From: a virus
Length of the DNA stretch: 64,000 nt
Reading direction: 5' to 3' (one strand)
Virus record (IMG/VR): IMGVR_UViG_3300046167_000032
Coordinates: 1-64,000 of that record
The translations under genes were made by a program, and so were the position numbers. Position 1 is the stretch's first letter. Each line of letters opens with the position of its first letter. This document shows, one piece after another, positions 28,655 through 39,253 of this stretch. The notes beneath the pieces were generated by a model. That model saw only the letters and a program-made list of their open reading frames with translations. It searched no databases and had not been told where the DNA came from.

Positions 28655-28963
28655 ATGCATTGGGATACATACTTAGTTGATTTAGATATACCAAAAGAAT
28701 GGAAGTGTACAAGCCATCATCATGATGAACTACCAAGCTACCAAGTAAATGGTCTACACATATGGATGGGCAGCCATGATGCAAATGTGCGTGAGGCTGA
28801 TGCAAAAAACATTTGGGGTACAGATTGGGGTATGTTTACACGTTTCATAGTTCAATTGGCAAGCACCTACAATGGTGAGTCAGATGATCATGCATGGCTA
28901 TGTAGTACTGATAGCTTTGAAGAGCTACAACAATTTGTAAAGGAATATAACAATGAAGATTAG
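28655..28963 (+). CDS. Hypothetical protein
   Basis: GAAAGGA RBS following a palindrome copy. Confidence 0.75.
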   Translation: MHWDTYLVDLDIPKEWKCTSHHHDELPSYQVNGLHIWMGSHDANVREADAKNIWGTDWGMFTRFIVQLASTYNGESDDHAWLCSTDSFEELQQFVKEYNNED

Positions 28964-30058
28964 AACACAACTATCCTTATGTGATGGCTTATCAGGTGGT
29001 CAGATAGCAGGTGATAAGATAGGCTTACGTGCTGATACTTATATAGCTAGTGAGATAGACCCACATGCTATTAAAATTACACAGAAAAATTATCCTGAAC
29101 ACTGTACAAGTAGGTGATATGACTGAGTGGAGATCATGGGATATTGATTGGTCTAAAGTTGATCTAGTTACAGCAGGTTTCCCGTGTCAGGCATGGTCAG
29201 TTGCAGGTCAACAGAAGGGTGATCGTGATCCACGAGGTCAATTGTTTTGGGTAGTACTAGACATCATGCAACATGTGCTAGAGCACAACCCTAATGCTAA
29301 GTATCTAATGGAGAATGTTAGAATGTCGAATGCTTTTGAGGAGTACATCACGTATCACACTGAGCAAGCATTGCCTAATGTAAACAAGTACCTAATCAAC
29401 AGTGCGCTAGTGTCTGCACAGAATAGGAAACGTTTCTATTGGACTAACATCGAAGGTATTCAACAGCCAGAAGACAAAGGTATAGTATTGAAAGATATAC
29501 TCGAAGGATGGTTTGACTGACAGAACTAAGTCACATTGTCTTGATGCTAACTATTTCAAGGGTGGTAATCTCAAGTCATACTTCGAGAAGCATCGCAGAC
29601 AGTTGGTGTTTAGTCCTAGTGGTATGTGCCACGTAGGTGACGCTGATTTGAATGGCAATCAGTCTATCAAGCGTGTGTATGCAGCCGAAGGTAAAGCACC
29701 TACCTTGACTACTATGGGTGGTGGACACAGAGAACCTAAAGTATTGGTGAAGGGTGGACGTATGGTTGGGCGTAGACTAGATGCTAATGGTACTCGTAAA
29801 GACTATGACACATCTATACCAATCAAACAGATGATTGAAGTTAGAGAAGATGATAAAACTAATTGTCTAACTACAGTGACTAAGGACAGTATCTTGATTG
29901 AGGATATGTCTTGGCGTAAGCTAACACCATTAGAATGTGAACGCTTACAAACAATACCAGATGGGTACACTGAAGGTGTATCAAACACACAGCGTTACAA
30001 GATGCTCGGTAATGGGTGGACTGTAGACGTGATAGCACACATATTGAAAGGGTTATGA
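28953..30058 (+). CDS. C5 cytosine DNA methyltransferase, split by two single-base insertions (about 29098 and 29505)
   Basis: Motif I LSLCDGLSGG, SEID, GFPCQ (IV), ENV (VI), QNRKRFYW (VIII), RKLTPLECERLQT (IX), YKMLGNGW (X), spread over three frames. Confidence 0.9.
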
Positions 30059-30059
30059 T

Positions 30060-30233
30060 ATGACAATTAAAGAGCTAATACTGCAACTTGAACAAGCACT
30101 AGAGTCTCACTATTCAGATGAACTTGTGTGTATTTATGATCAAGATACAGGTGAGCGTATAGATATAGAAATTGTAGATGATACAATTGATGGTGAAGTA
30201 CAACTAAATGTAAAGGAGTTTTACAATGACTGA
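30060..30233 (+). CDS. 57-aa acidic protein, not in ORF track
   Basis: MTIKELILQLEQ... fills the gap in the operon. Confidence 0.65.
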   Translation: MTIKELILQLEQALESHYSDELVCIYDQDTGERIDIEIVDDTIDGEVQLNVKEFYND

Positions 30234-30411
30234 TGAAATACAAACATATAGTGTATCCAAAGCTTTAAGGGCTTATGCAGAAGGTTATGCAGTATACATA
30301 GCACACCCTCTTGATGAAGACCCAGATGATAGACTGTTTAGCGCAGATGAAATCATGAGAGCTGATGGACATTTATTTATAATAAAAGAAGTAGTGTTTG
30401 AGTACACATAA
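30226..30411 (+). CDS. Hypothetical protein
   Basis: AAGGAG RBS. Confidence 0.7.
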   Translation: MTDEIQTYSVSKALRAYAEGYAVYIAHPLDEDPDDRLFSADEIMRADGHLFIIKEVVFEYT

Positions 30412-30432
30412 ATATATTAAAAGGAGAAACAA

Positions 30433-30609
30433 ATGACACAATATAAACCATACTACAGAAGTAAACCTGTAACAGTACAAGCACGCAAAGAGAAACGTGA
30501 TGCAACTATAATGACTATAGCTGTAGTAATATTCACAGCATTTGCTATGTTAGGTATTGGCTTTGCCTTCTCAGTATTAGTTCGCTATGTAACTGGTTTG
30601 ATATTATGA
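30433..30609 (+). CDS. 58-aa membrane protein, not in ORF track
   Basis: AAGGAG RBS; basic N-terminus followed by a hydrophobic helix. Confidence 0.65.
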   Translation: MTQYKPYYRSKPVTVQARKEKRDATIMTIAVVIFTAFAMLGIGFAFSVLVRYVTGLIL

Positions 30610-30660
30610 AGCATTGACATTACTATACAAACATGGCACAGTTGCCACATACTTAAACAA

Positions 30661-31500
30661 ATGGAGAATAATATGACTTATATACCTGATCACCTAGACT
30701 TCAAAGTAGCATTTGAACCAACAAAAATGCACGATAAGAAGTACGTTATCAATGAAGATACAGGTGAATACCTTGGCATTGTGGGTAATACATTCCAGTG
30801 TGCAGCACATGGTGATTTCTTTCGTGGTGTAATGGACACTGCTACACAAGAGCTAGGTGCTGATGCATTAGATGGTGCAGTCAATCAGTTTAGAACAGCA
30901 CGTAATGGTGCATGGGCTATGCTTGACGTGACACTACCTAACATCAAGACTAAAATTACAACTGACAAAGCTGAGACTGAGATTGGTAACAGGATCATCA
31001 GCTTACATGGTATTGATGGATCATGTAGTAACCAAGTATTCTTTGGTGCTATAGATTTCTTCTGTACTAACGGCATGATTACAGGTGATCACGACAAGGT
31101 GCGTAAGAAGAACACATCTAACTTTACTATGGATAGTTTTATCTACGAACTAAATCGTGCTCGTACTGACTTCTTTGATCAAGCTAAGAGGATGCAAGTG
31201 TGGGCAGAGACTAGCCTCAAGTTCATCAATGTAAAAGATTTGATTGAGAGTATCATTAGTTCTAAGACTAAGGCTGAGAAGATGTTCAGCTTGTATAATG
31301 CTGAGGCTAGTGTGCGTGGACACAACAAGTTTGCACTGTATTCTGCCTTCACTAACTACGCTAGTTATGCTGATGAACGTAATGGTTTCAACCTACGTAA
31401 CACGGGACATGACACACAAGCTATCAACATGTGGTCACGTGAGCAAGAGGTATCCAAGTGGGTAAGCAGTAATCAGTTTCGTGTATTGGATGTTGCTTAA
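30661..31500 (+). CDS. DUF932-family protein
   Basis: HGIDGS...FFCTNG motif and N-terminal LGIVG..FQ. Confidence 0.75.
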   Translation: MENNMTYIPDHLDFKVAFEPTKMHDKKYVINEDTGEYLGIVGNTFQCAAHGDFFRGVMDTATQELGADALDGAVNQFRTARNGAWAMLDVTLPNIKTKITTDKAETEIGNRIISLHGIDGSCSNQVFFGAIDFFCTNGMITGDHDKVRKKNTSNFTMDSFIYELNRARTDFFDQAKRMQVWAETSLKFINVKDLIESIISSKTKAEKMFSLYNAEASVRGHNKFALYSAFTNYASYADERNGFNLRNTGHDTQAINMWSREQEVSKWVSSNQFRVLDVA

Positions 31501-32622
31501 TGCCTAAGCTACCTAGATATGTACAAGAGAGAGTATCACCTCACGGGGTGATCTCTTACAGATTTAATCCGCCGCAGAACTTAGTGGATGAGGGTGTGGT
31601 ATCACGTCAAGAGTATGGCACTGATCTCAAGGAAGTGCGTAGTATTGTGAAGGAGTTGAACGCAGACATTGACCATTGGCGTGAACAAAAAGCGACAGTG
31701 GTACAGATAAAGCCATCAAGTAAGGTGACAGATTTGATTAACTACTACTATCAATCTAATGATTTCAATATGTTACGAGACACAACTAAGGTGGATTACA
31801 GATACTTCCTAACCATACTCCATCAGACTATGGGTGGTAAGAAGTACGACAGTGTAACAACTAAGGTTGCCAAGCAAGCATATGAAGGAGTGGGTTAAGC
31901 GTGGTATTAGTTTCGCTAATCATGCTGCAACATGTGCAAGTAGGGTATACAACTACGCTATTGACATGGAACATGCCACACAAAATCCTTGGACTAGCAT
32001 CAAGCGTAAGGCATTGCCACAGCGTAAGGTTGTATGGTCACATGGTGATGTTGTCAGGTTTCTTGATTATTCGTACAGCGATTTTGACTACAGGAATGTG
32101 GGATTGATTGTGCACATGGCATATGAATGGTGTCAACGTCTAGGTGACATGCGTACACTGAAGTGGGAGAACATTGACTTGCGTACACAGCGACTAGAGT
32201 TAGAGCAGAGTAAGCGTAGGGCAGATGTATCACTACCAATATCAGATGATCTATGCCACATGCTGAATGAACAGCGTAATGACTTTGGCTTTCAAGATTA
32301 TGTAGCACCACACCCACGACCAATGGGCGGTAAGTACCAACCATATGCAATGGAACGTTTGTCTAAGGTAGGTAGACGTGTCATGAGATTAGCTAAGTTA
32401 CCAGAAGAGTTACGTCTAATGGACTTACGTAGAACAGGTGTGACACAGATGGTTGATGCAGGTGTACCAATTGGACAAGTGATGTCTGTTACTGGACACA
32501 ATCATGTGTCTTCTGTGCAACCATATATGAAACATACATATGATTCTGCAAATAATGCCTTGACACAGAGAAATGTAAGTGTACAATCGAGTGCAGCGAG
32601 TAACATAGAAAGTGATACATAA
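31500..32622 (+). CDS. int: Tyrosine integrase/recombinase, split by one extra base at about 31886
   Basis: CQRLGD (R), QSKR (K), MDLRRT (R), VTGH (H), QPY (Y); TATGAAGGAGTGG gives Y-E-E-W when one base is removed. Confidence 0.88.
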
Positions 32623-33386
32623 TGAATATACTTAGTATTATAAATGATTTGTCACTTACTAATGGTGAAACAAAGCGTATGACATGTCCTATGTGTAATA
32701 CTAAGAATACATTTACTGTCACAAACAATATGGGTTCTATTGTATGGAACTGTTACAAAGCTAGTTGTACAGCTAGTGGCGGTACTCGTACTACACTTAC
32801 TGCTGAGGACATACGTAAGTCATTAGGACGTGTTGCAGAAGAGACACATGCTATAAGTTTCTCAAAACCTGAGTGGTTTGTACGAGATTACGAAAGCATA
32901 TCAGGCTTCTGTGATACGTGGGGTCTTGATGCACAACATCTAGGTCTATTATATGATGTGAAGGAACATCGTGTGGTGTTCCCTGTTGTACACAATGGAG
33001 TTATGGTAGATGCTACAGGCAGATCACTTGGAAAACGTATACCTAAGTGGAAGAGATATGGTAAGAGTGACTTGCCATATGCATTTGGATGTGGTAAAAC
33101 TGCTGTAGTTGTTGAGGACTGCGTAAGTGCTGCCGTTGTAAGTGAGAGTGGTGTATATGTCGGGGTTGCAGTGTTGGGTACGTCATTATCTAATGGACAC
33201 AAGAGGTACTTGTCGCAGTTCTCATCAGCAATAGTTGCATTAGACCCCGATGCATTACCGAAGACACTGCAATTTGCAAAAGATTTACGTGGTTACATTG
33301 ATGATGTCAAAGTACTACGACTAGAAGACGACCTTAAATATAGACTGCCATCCGACATGGCTAACCTTTCAACACTAGGAGAATAA
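32622..33386 (+). CDS. DNA primase
   Basis: CPMC...CYKASC zinc finger, VVEDCVSA and LDPDA TOPRIM motifs. Confidence 0.9.
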   Translation: MNILSIINDLSLTNGETKRMTCPMCNTKNTFTVTNNMGSIVWNCYKASCTASGGTRTTLTAEDIRKSLGRVAEETHAISFSKPEWFVRDYESISGFCDTWGLDAQHLGLLYDVKEHRVVFPVVHNGVMVDATGRSLGKRIPKWKRYGKSDLPYAFGCGKTAVVVEDCVSAAVVSESGVYVGVAVLGTSLSNGHKRYLSQFSSAIVALDPDALPKTLQFAKDLRGYIDDVKVLRLEDDLKYRLPSDMANLSTLGE

Positions 33387-33391
33387 AACAT

Positions 33392-34615
33392 ATGGAACTA
33401 TCCCTCATACGTAGCTTGATGGACAAAGATTTCTATGATGATCACAAGGGCGCACGTTGCCCAGACAGATTGTTTAGTAAAGATGTTCGCAAGATCAAGC
33501 AAGCAATTGATGCAGCCATGAATACATACGAGCGTAGTATTACACCTGCTGAGATTGAGGCATTGTTTATGTCTAACAACCCAACGCTTACAACTGCACA
33601 GCGTCAAGCATACAGTGCATTGTTTCGTCAGGTAAACAAAGAACAACCAATGGGTAGTGATGTAGCACAAGAGGTGTTATCAAAACTATTCCAACAGGTA
33701 ATTGGTGAGGACATTGCTAACCTTGGCTTTGATTATGTCAATGGTAGTAAGTCTAGCTTAGAACCTTTACGTCAAATGCTTGAACAGTATGGTGACGACT
33801 TCACACCTAATCTAAAGGTTGAGTGGGAAGACATTGACCTTGATACTATCATTGCTATGACTGACCTTGAGTCACAGTGGACGTTCAACATACCCACACT
33901 CACACGTAAGGTGGAAGGTATCAATGCAGGTCACTTGATTGAAGTAGGTGCTAGACCTAATACTGGTAAGACTTCTTTCCATGCGTCACTTGTTGCAGGT
34001 CCTAATGGGTTTGCGTGGCAGGGTGCTAAGACAGTTGTGCTATGTAATGAGGAAGGATACCATCGTGTAGCACACAGATACATTACTGCTGCAACTGGTA
34101 TGGACAAGCATGAGATCGTTAAGAATAGAGCGCATGCTATGGCTACGTTTGCTAAGATACGACCTAACATCATGTTCAAAGATGCAACAGGACGTGATAT
34201 GAATTGGGTTGAGTCAGTATGTAAGTCATACAAACCTGATGTAGTTATACTAGACATGGGTGACAAGTTTGCACGCACTTCAGGTTTCTCACGTCCTGAT
34301 GAAGCACTCAAGGCCAACGCAATACAAGCTAGGCAGATAGCTAAACAACAGGACTGTGCAGTATTCTATATGTCTCAGCTATCAGCCGAGGCAGAAGGTA
34401 AGGTTGTACTCAACCAAGCTATGATGGAAGGCTCACGTACAGGTAAAGCAGCAGAAGCTGACTTGATGATTATGATTAGTAAGAACCCAACTGTAGAAGG
34501 ACAAGAAGAAGAAGACAATCAACGACACATCAATATAGTTAAGAACAAACTATCTGGATGGCATGGCATTGTACACACCGACCTTGAGTACAAGATTGCT
34601 AGGTACGTATGTTGA
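33392..34615 (+). CDS. DnaB-like replicative helicase
   Basis: GARPNTGKT Walker A, VILD, MSQLS, KNK motifs. Confidence 0.93.
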   Translation: MELSLIRSLMDKDFYDDHKGARCPDRLFSKDVRKIKQAIDAAMNTYERSITPAEIEALFMSNNPTLTTAQRQAYSALFRQVNKEQPMGSDVAQEVLSKLFQQVIGEDIANLGFDYVNGSKSSLEPLRQMLEQYGDDFTPNLKVEWEDIDLDTIIAMTDLESQWTFNIPTLTRKVEGINAGHLIEVGARPNTGKTSFHASLVAGPNGFAWQGAKTVVLCNEEGYHRVAHRYITAATGMDKHEIVKNRAHAMATFAKIRPNIMFKDATGRDMNWVESVCKSYKPDVVILDMGDKFARTSGFSRPDEALKANAIQARQIAKQQDCAVFYMSQLSAEAEGKVVLNQAMMEGSRTGKAAEADLMIMISKNPTVEGQEEEDNQRHINIVKNKLSGWHGIVHTDLEYKIARYVC

Positions 34616-34818
34616 TAACGTGGTTAGATGTATCATTACTGGGGTTGGTTGCAATACTTGCATTCAATCTCTGGGAACAGAATAGACAAAGAGCATTACT
34701 TGAGAATATACTACGTGATGTATATGATTTAGTAAACAAACATAACTCATTGGCAGATGCCTTCGTAGAATTGGCTAATGACTTTGACGAACAACAGGAG
34801 ATTAATAATAATGGCTAA
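34609..34818 (+). CDS. Small membrane protein
   Basis: N-terminal TM plus coiled coil. Confidence 0.6.
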   Translation: MLITWLDVSLLGLVAILAFNLWEQNRQRALLENILRDVYDLVNKHNSLADAFVELANDFDEQQEINNNG

Positions 34819-35080
34819 GTGGAAAGAGTTTGAAATAATGAAAGAGCATCATGTGTTTGATCCTGTTGAGCGACCTGCACATTACAATCAAGATGGTATT
34901 GAATGTATAGATTATATACGTCAGGTGTTAGGAATAGATGGGTTCATTGCATATTGTCATGGTAACATGATCAAGTATCAGCATCGGTATCGTTACAAAG
35001 GTAATGGTGTAGAGGACATGAAGAAAGCTGAGTGGTATGTAAAGAGAATGAATGAGGCATTAGGGGAGAAACATAAATGA
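34811..35080 (+). CDS. DUF3310 / T7 gp1.7-like nucleotide kinase
   Basis: DPVERPAHY...IECID...GNMIKY..RYRYKGNGVEDMKKAEWY. Confidence 0.85.
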   Translation: MAKWKEFEIMKEHHVFDPVERPAHYNQDGIECIDYIRQVLGIDGFIAYCHGNMIKYQHRYRYKGNGVEDMKKAEWYVKRMNEALGEKHK

Positions 35081-35607
35081 AATGTAATAGATGTGACGTA
35101 GTATTAACAGAAGAAAATCAACCACCTTCATGGAGAAAAACAAACAGATCATCCTGTAAAAACTGTTCGAAAGAAAATAATCAATCAAGTAATCCAGATA
35201 GAATGTTTATCAATGGTAAGTATATACCTAAGACGCATCCTTTACACAAGGCAGGTAACTACAAATCATTTGGTGATCTAGCCTTTGGTTCTCTTAACAA
35301 CTACAAACAAATAAAAGAAGGTTATGTGTATGCAATTAGTAACTCCGCATGGCCTGATTGGATCAAGATAGGTATGGCTATTGATGCAGAAGATAGACTG
35401 AGTAGCTACCAAACAAGCTCACCTATGCGTAACTACAGATTAGTACACTCTGTATACTGTAAAGATCGCAGTGAGTCTGAGCGTTCAGCACATATACTTG
35501 CAGCACGTAAGGCGAATACACCTTGGAGTAAACAAGACAATGGTGAGTGGTTTAATATAACTGAGTCAGAAGCTGTTGATATACTAAAGGAGATTGCAGT
35601 TGATTGA
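35077..35607 (+). CDS. T5orf172/GIY-YIG-like endonuclease with N-terminal Cys pairs
   Basis: GYVYAI...IKIG...RL..YQTSSP...E..AH...GEWF. Confidence 0.8.
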   Translation: MKCNRCDVVLTEENQPPSWRKTNRSSCKNCSKENNQSSNPDRMFINGKYIPKTHPLHKAGNYKSFGDLAFGSLNNYKQIKEGYVYAISNSAWPDWIKIGMAIDAEDRLSSYQTSSPMRNYRLVHSVYCKDRSESERSAHILAARKANTPWSKQDNGEWFNITESEAVDILKEIAVD

Positions 35608-36256
35608 AGCAACATACATAGATCATATGGGTAATGACTTGTCTGTAGTTAATGCAGCTCGTGTTAGCTTCGGTAAGAAACACACAAAGTTTATTGATGC
35701 GGATAGTAATTTGATACGCTATCTTGCGGAACACAAACACATGTCACCCTTTGGGCATTGCTTTGCATCCTTCCACATTAACGCACCAATCTTTGTGGCA
35801 CGTCAGTTAGTTAAACATAAGTTTCTACGTTGGAATGAGATTAGTAGAAGGTATGTAGATGAAGATGTTGATCTGTATTACCCACCTAATGACGTATGGC
35901 GTGGACGTAGTGAGGATAAAAAACAGGGATCAGATGGTGAAGTAGACCTAAAGTACCCTGCAATGAATGGGTTCTTGCTTGACGATTTAATAGAAGAAAA
36001 CGAATCGCAGCGATTATTATATAGAAACCTATTGAAAGCTGGAGTAGCTCCAGAGCAAGCACGTATGGTACTACCACAAAGTACAATGACTGAGTGGTAT
36101 TGGTCTGGTAGCTTAGATGCCTTTGCTGATATGTGTAACTTACGTTGCAAGAATGACACACAATATGAAACAAGAGTAGTTGCTAACAAGATTAGTAAAA
36201 AACTTCTTGACTTGTTTCCTGTTTCATGGGAAGCATTAAAGGAGAATGATAGATAG
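35594..36256 (+). CDS. thyX: FAD-dependent thymidylate synthase
   Basis: VVNAARVSF, HMSPF, ARQLVKH...NEISRRY, EQARMVLP. Confidence 0.95.
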   Translation: MQLIEATYIDHMGNDLSVVNAARVSFGKKHTKFIDADSNLIRYLAEHKHMSPFGHCFASFHINAPIFVARQLVKHKFLRWNEISRRYVDEDVDLYYPPNDVWRGRSEDKKQGSDGEVDLKYPAMNGFLLDDLIEENESQRLLYRNLLKAGVAPEQARMVLPQSTMTEWYWSGSLDAFADMCNLRCKNDTQYETRVVANKISKKLLDLFPVSWEALKENDR

Positions 36257-36268
36257 ATTGGAGTTGGT

Positions 36269-38314
36269 ATGATACTTACCTTAGATGTAGAGAACACAGT
36301 AGTAAAAAGAAATGGTAAGCTTCACCTTGACCCATTCGAGCCTGAGAACACACTTGTTATGGTGGGTATGCTAGATGATAACAATAACGAAACTATTATT
36401 ACATTCGATCATTCAGAGCAAACACCAACTGCAAATGGACGAGCTATTGTTCAAGATAAATTGGACAAGACTCGTCTGCTTGTAGCACACAATGCACCCC
36501 ATGATCTACTGTGGTTGTGGGAGTCAGGCTTTACATACGATGGTGATGTATTCGACACTATGCTTGGCGAGTACGTATTACAACGTGGTCAGAAGCAACC
36601 ACTATCCCTTGAGGCATGTGCAGAACGTTACATGCTAGAGACACAGAAGCAAGACTCATTGAAGGAGTGGCTCAAGGCAGGTAAGTCAGTACGTGACATG
36701 AATCACGCTGAGTTATCAGAGTACTTGTCTGCTGACCTTCATGCTACACAGCAATTGTATGATCGTTTGCGGATATCATACGAGGGATGCAGTACACTAG
36801 AACCAACCATCAAGCTGACTAATCAGTTAGCTGTACACCTAGCACGTATATACCAACGTGGTTTGAAGGTTGATATGAATGCACTAAACTCTGTTAGAGA
36901 AGAGTTCGAACAAGAACGTAATCAACTAACAGTTTCACTTGAGCAGCAGACTGCAGAGCTAATGGGTGACAGACCTATTAACCTCAACAGTCCAGAGCAA
37001 TTGTCTTGGGTTATATATAGTCGTAAGCCACATGATAAGAAGTTCTGGAAAGAATTGTTTGATGATCGTATGCCTGACGCAGAATACAAACGTAATGTAA
37101 ATGCGTACAGTAGTAAGTTATTCAAACAGAAAGCTAGTCAATGCCGTACATGTAATGGCACTGGCAAAACATGGAAACAAAAGAAGGATGGTACACCATA
37201 TGCTAAACCAAATAGATGCGTTAGTTGTGACGCTACAGGATATAGTTTTACTGATATTGATAGTAGGGTGGCTGGGCTAAAGTTCACACCACCTACTGCT
37301 AAGTGGATCAGTGCCAATGGTTTTGGTACAGGCAAGGACAATCTATTATTCCTTGAAGGTATTGCAAGATCAAGAGGTATGAAAGAAGCTGAGACATTCT
37401 TACGTAATGTACGTAGGTTGTCTGCAGTTGAGACTTACCTCAGCAGTTTTGTTGAGGGCATTGCTAACTTCGTCAAGCCTGATGGCCTACTGCATGTACG
37501 TTTATTACAGCATCGTACAGGTACAGGCAGACTATCAGGTGCTGACCCTAACATGCAGAACATGCCACGTGGTGGTACATTCCCTGTTAAGAAGGTGTTT
37601 GTGTCACGTTGGAAAGGTGGACAGATCATGGAAGCTGACTTCGCACAGCTTGAGTTCAGAGTTGCTGCATACTTATCACAAGATATGACTGCCATTGACG
37701 AGGTGACTACAGGCTTTGATGTGCATAGCTATACAGCTAAGGTTATCAGTGATGCAGGTCAACCTATGTCACGTCAAGAAGCCAAGGCACACACATTTGC
37801 TCCTCTATATGGGGCGAGTGGTTTCGGTAGATCACAAGCAGAAGCTGCGTACTACAAACAGTTCACTACTAAGTATGCAGGTATTGCTAAGTGGCATACT
37901 GCACTTGCCAAAGAAGCACTAAACACTGGCAAGATAACAACTCCATCAGGGCGTGAGTTTGCATTCCCTGATGTACAGCGTAGACGATTCGGGGGTGTGA
38001 CATATTTCACACAGATTAAAAATTATCCTGTACAATCGTTTGCTACAGCAGACATCGTACCTATCTCACTGATATACATAGATAAGTTATTGATGGCTAA
38101 CAAGTTACACAGTTGTGTTGTGAACACAGTCCACGATTCAATTGTAATTGACATACACCCAGATGAAGAGGAAATAGTATTGAAGATCATACAGGTAGCC
38201 AACGACAAGTTGATACCTATAGTAAATAAGAAGTGGTCACTGGACTTTAACATACCACTATTATTAGAAGCAAAAATTGGCCCTAACTGGCTTGACACAA
38301 AAGACGTAGTGTGA
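36269..38314 (+). CDS. polA: Family A DNA polymerase with DnaJ-type zinc-finger insertion
   Basis: Exonuclease LDVE/AHN, TGRLS, DFAQLEFR, RQEAKAHTFAPLYG, VHDS; insert CRTCNGTG...CVSCDATG. Confidence 0.97.
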   Translation: MILTLDVENTVVKRNGKLHLDPFEPENTLVMVGMLDDNNNETIITFDHSEQTPTANGRAIVQDKLDKTRLLVAHNAPHDLLWLWESGFTYDGDVFDTMLGEYVLQRGQKQPLSLEACAERYMLETQKQDSLKEWLKAGKSVRDMNHAELSEYLSADLHATQQLYDRLRISYEGCSTLEPTIKLTNQLAVHLARIYQRGLKVDMNALNSVREEFEQERNQLTVSLEQQTAELMGDRPINLNSPEQLSWVIYSRKPHDKKFWKELFDDRMPDAEYKRNVNAYSSKLFKQKASQCRTCNGTGKTWKQKKDGTPYAKPNRCVSCDATGYSFTDIDSRVAGLKFTPPTAKWISANGFGTGKDNLLFLEGIARSRGMKEAETFLRNVRRLSAVETYLSSFVEGIANFVKPDGLLHVRLLQHRTGTGRLSGADPNMQNMPRGGTFPVKKVFVSRWKGGQIMEADFAQLEFRVAAYLSQDMTAIDEVTTGFDVHSYTAKVISDAGQPMSRQEAKAHTFAPLYGASGFGRSQAEAAYYKQFTTKYAGIAKWHTALAKEALNTGKITTPSGREFAFPDVQRRRFGGVTYFTQIKNYPVQSFATADIVPISLIYIDKLLMANKLHSCVVNTVHDSIVIDIHPDEEEIVLKIIQVANDKLIPIVNKKWSLDFNIPLLLEAKIGPNWLDTKDVV

Positions 38315-38322
38315 TATAACTA
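38292..38322 (+). promoter_or_regulatory. Sigma70-type promoter
   Basis: TTGACA-N17-TATAACTA. Confidence 0.75.
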
Positions 38323-38359
38323 CCTTTCGTCTGATAAACATATATAGGAGATAAGACAT

Positions 38360-39253
38360 ATGAACACAGTAACAACAGTAGACACAAACAACTTTGCAGA
38401 GATGGCACAAGCTATGGGTATGGGTGCTGACTCACCTAAGACTAGCAAGTCAGCTAGTACATTGGCACGTCTACGCATTCATCACACACCCATCATGGGT
38501 CAGCAAGAGATTGCAGGTAAGATGAAGAACGTAGAAGTCATTGGCGGCGGTGCATATAAACTAGAGATACCAGATGGTCCTACGTACTACGCTGATCAAG
38601 TATCTATCCGACCATTCCTACAGCGATTCATGTATAAGAAGTTCGTCAAGGGTAGTGATAAGACACCTAACAAGTTCGTCAAGACTGTCATGGCTAATGA
38701 TCTTAACAGTGACATGAAGGACAACGATGGTGGCTTCAACTGTGGTAAACCTGCAGGGTTCATCAAGGATTGGGCATCACTACCTGACAGTATGAAAGAC
38801 TTAATCAAGTCAATCAAACGTGTGCGTGCATTGTTTGGTACAGTAGAGTTGGTTAATCCTACTGATGCTGATGGTAATCCTGTTGATGTAGATACTACTG
38901 CATTCATCTGGGAGATTGATAATCGTGATGCATTCAAAACATTAGGTGAACAGTTTGCCAAGTTATCTAAGATGCGTAGGCTACCACCACAGCATTACAT
39001 TACCTCTACTACTAAGGAAGTACCACTACCAAATGGTAGCAGTTTCTATGTACCAGAGACTGACATTGACTTGTCTAACACACTAGACATGGACAATGAG
39101 TCGCAAGCAGTCTTTGCTAACTTTGTTGCGTGGATTGAGAACTACAATACATACATTCTCAATGCATGGAATGAGAACATGCACAAGAATGAAGAGGTAG
39201 ACACAGATACTGTCGAAGCCTTTGTGGACATTGACGCAGAGGACTTCGTATAA
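38360..39253 (+). CDS. Putative ssDNA-binding protein
   Basis: Follows the polymerase, has its own promoter, acidic C-terminal tail ending in aromatic/hydrophobic residues. Confidence 0.55.
   Translation: MNTVTTVDTNNFAEMAQAMGMGADSPKTSKSASTLARLRIHHTPIMGQQEIAGKMKNVEVIGGGAYKLEIPDGPTYYADQVSIRPFLQRFMYKKFVKGSDKTPNKFVKTVMANDLNSDMKDNDGGFNCGKPAGFIKDWASLPDSMKDLIKSIKRVRALFGTVELVNPTDADGNPVDVDTTAFIWEIDNRDAFKTLGEQFAKLSKMRRLPPQHYITSTTKEVPLPNGSSFYVPETDIDLSNTLDMDNESQAVFANFVAWIENYNTYILNAWNENMHKNEEVDTDTVEAFVDIDAEDFV

Noticed and set aside
30400-30660. tRNA gene or tRNA-derived attP upstream of the integrase operon
   Set aside because: No cloverleaf or T-loop consensus seen by eye; the space is filled by a small ORF and a possible promoter. 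tRNAscan was not run.
28953-32622. Methyltransferase and integrase as true pseudogenes or programmed frameshifts
   Set aside because: Motifs are otherwise intact, there are no slippery heptamers, and the same +1 pattern breaks an essential fibre gene that is intact in copy B; sequencing error is more likely
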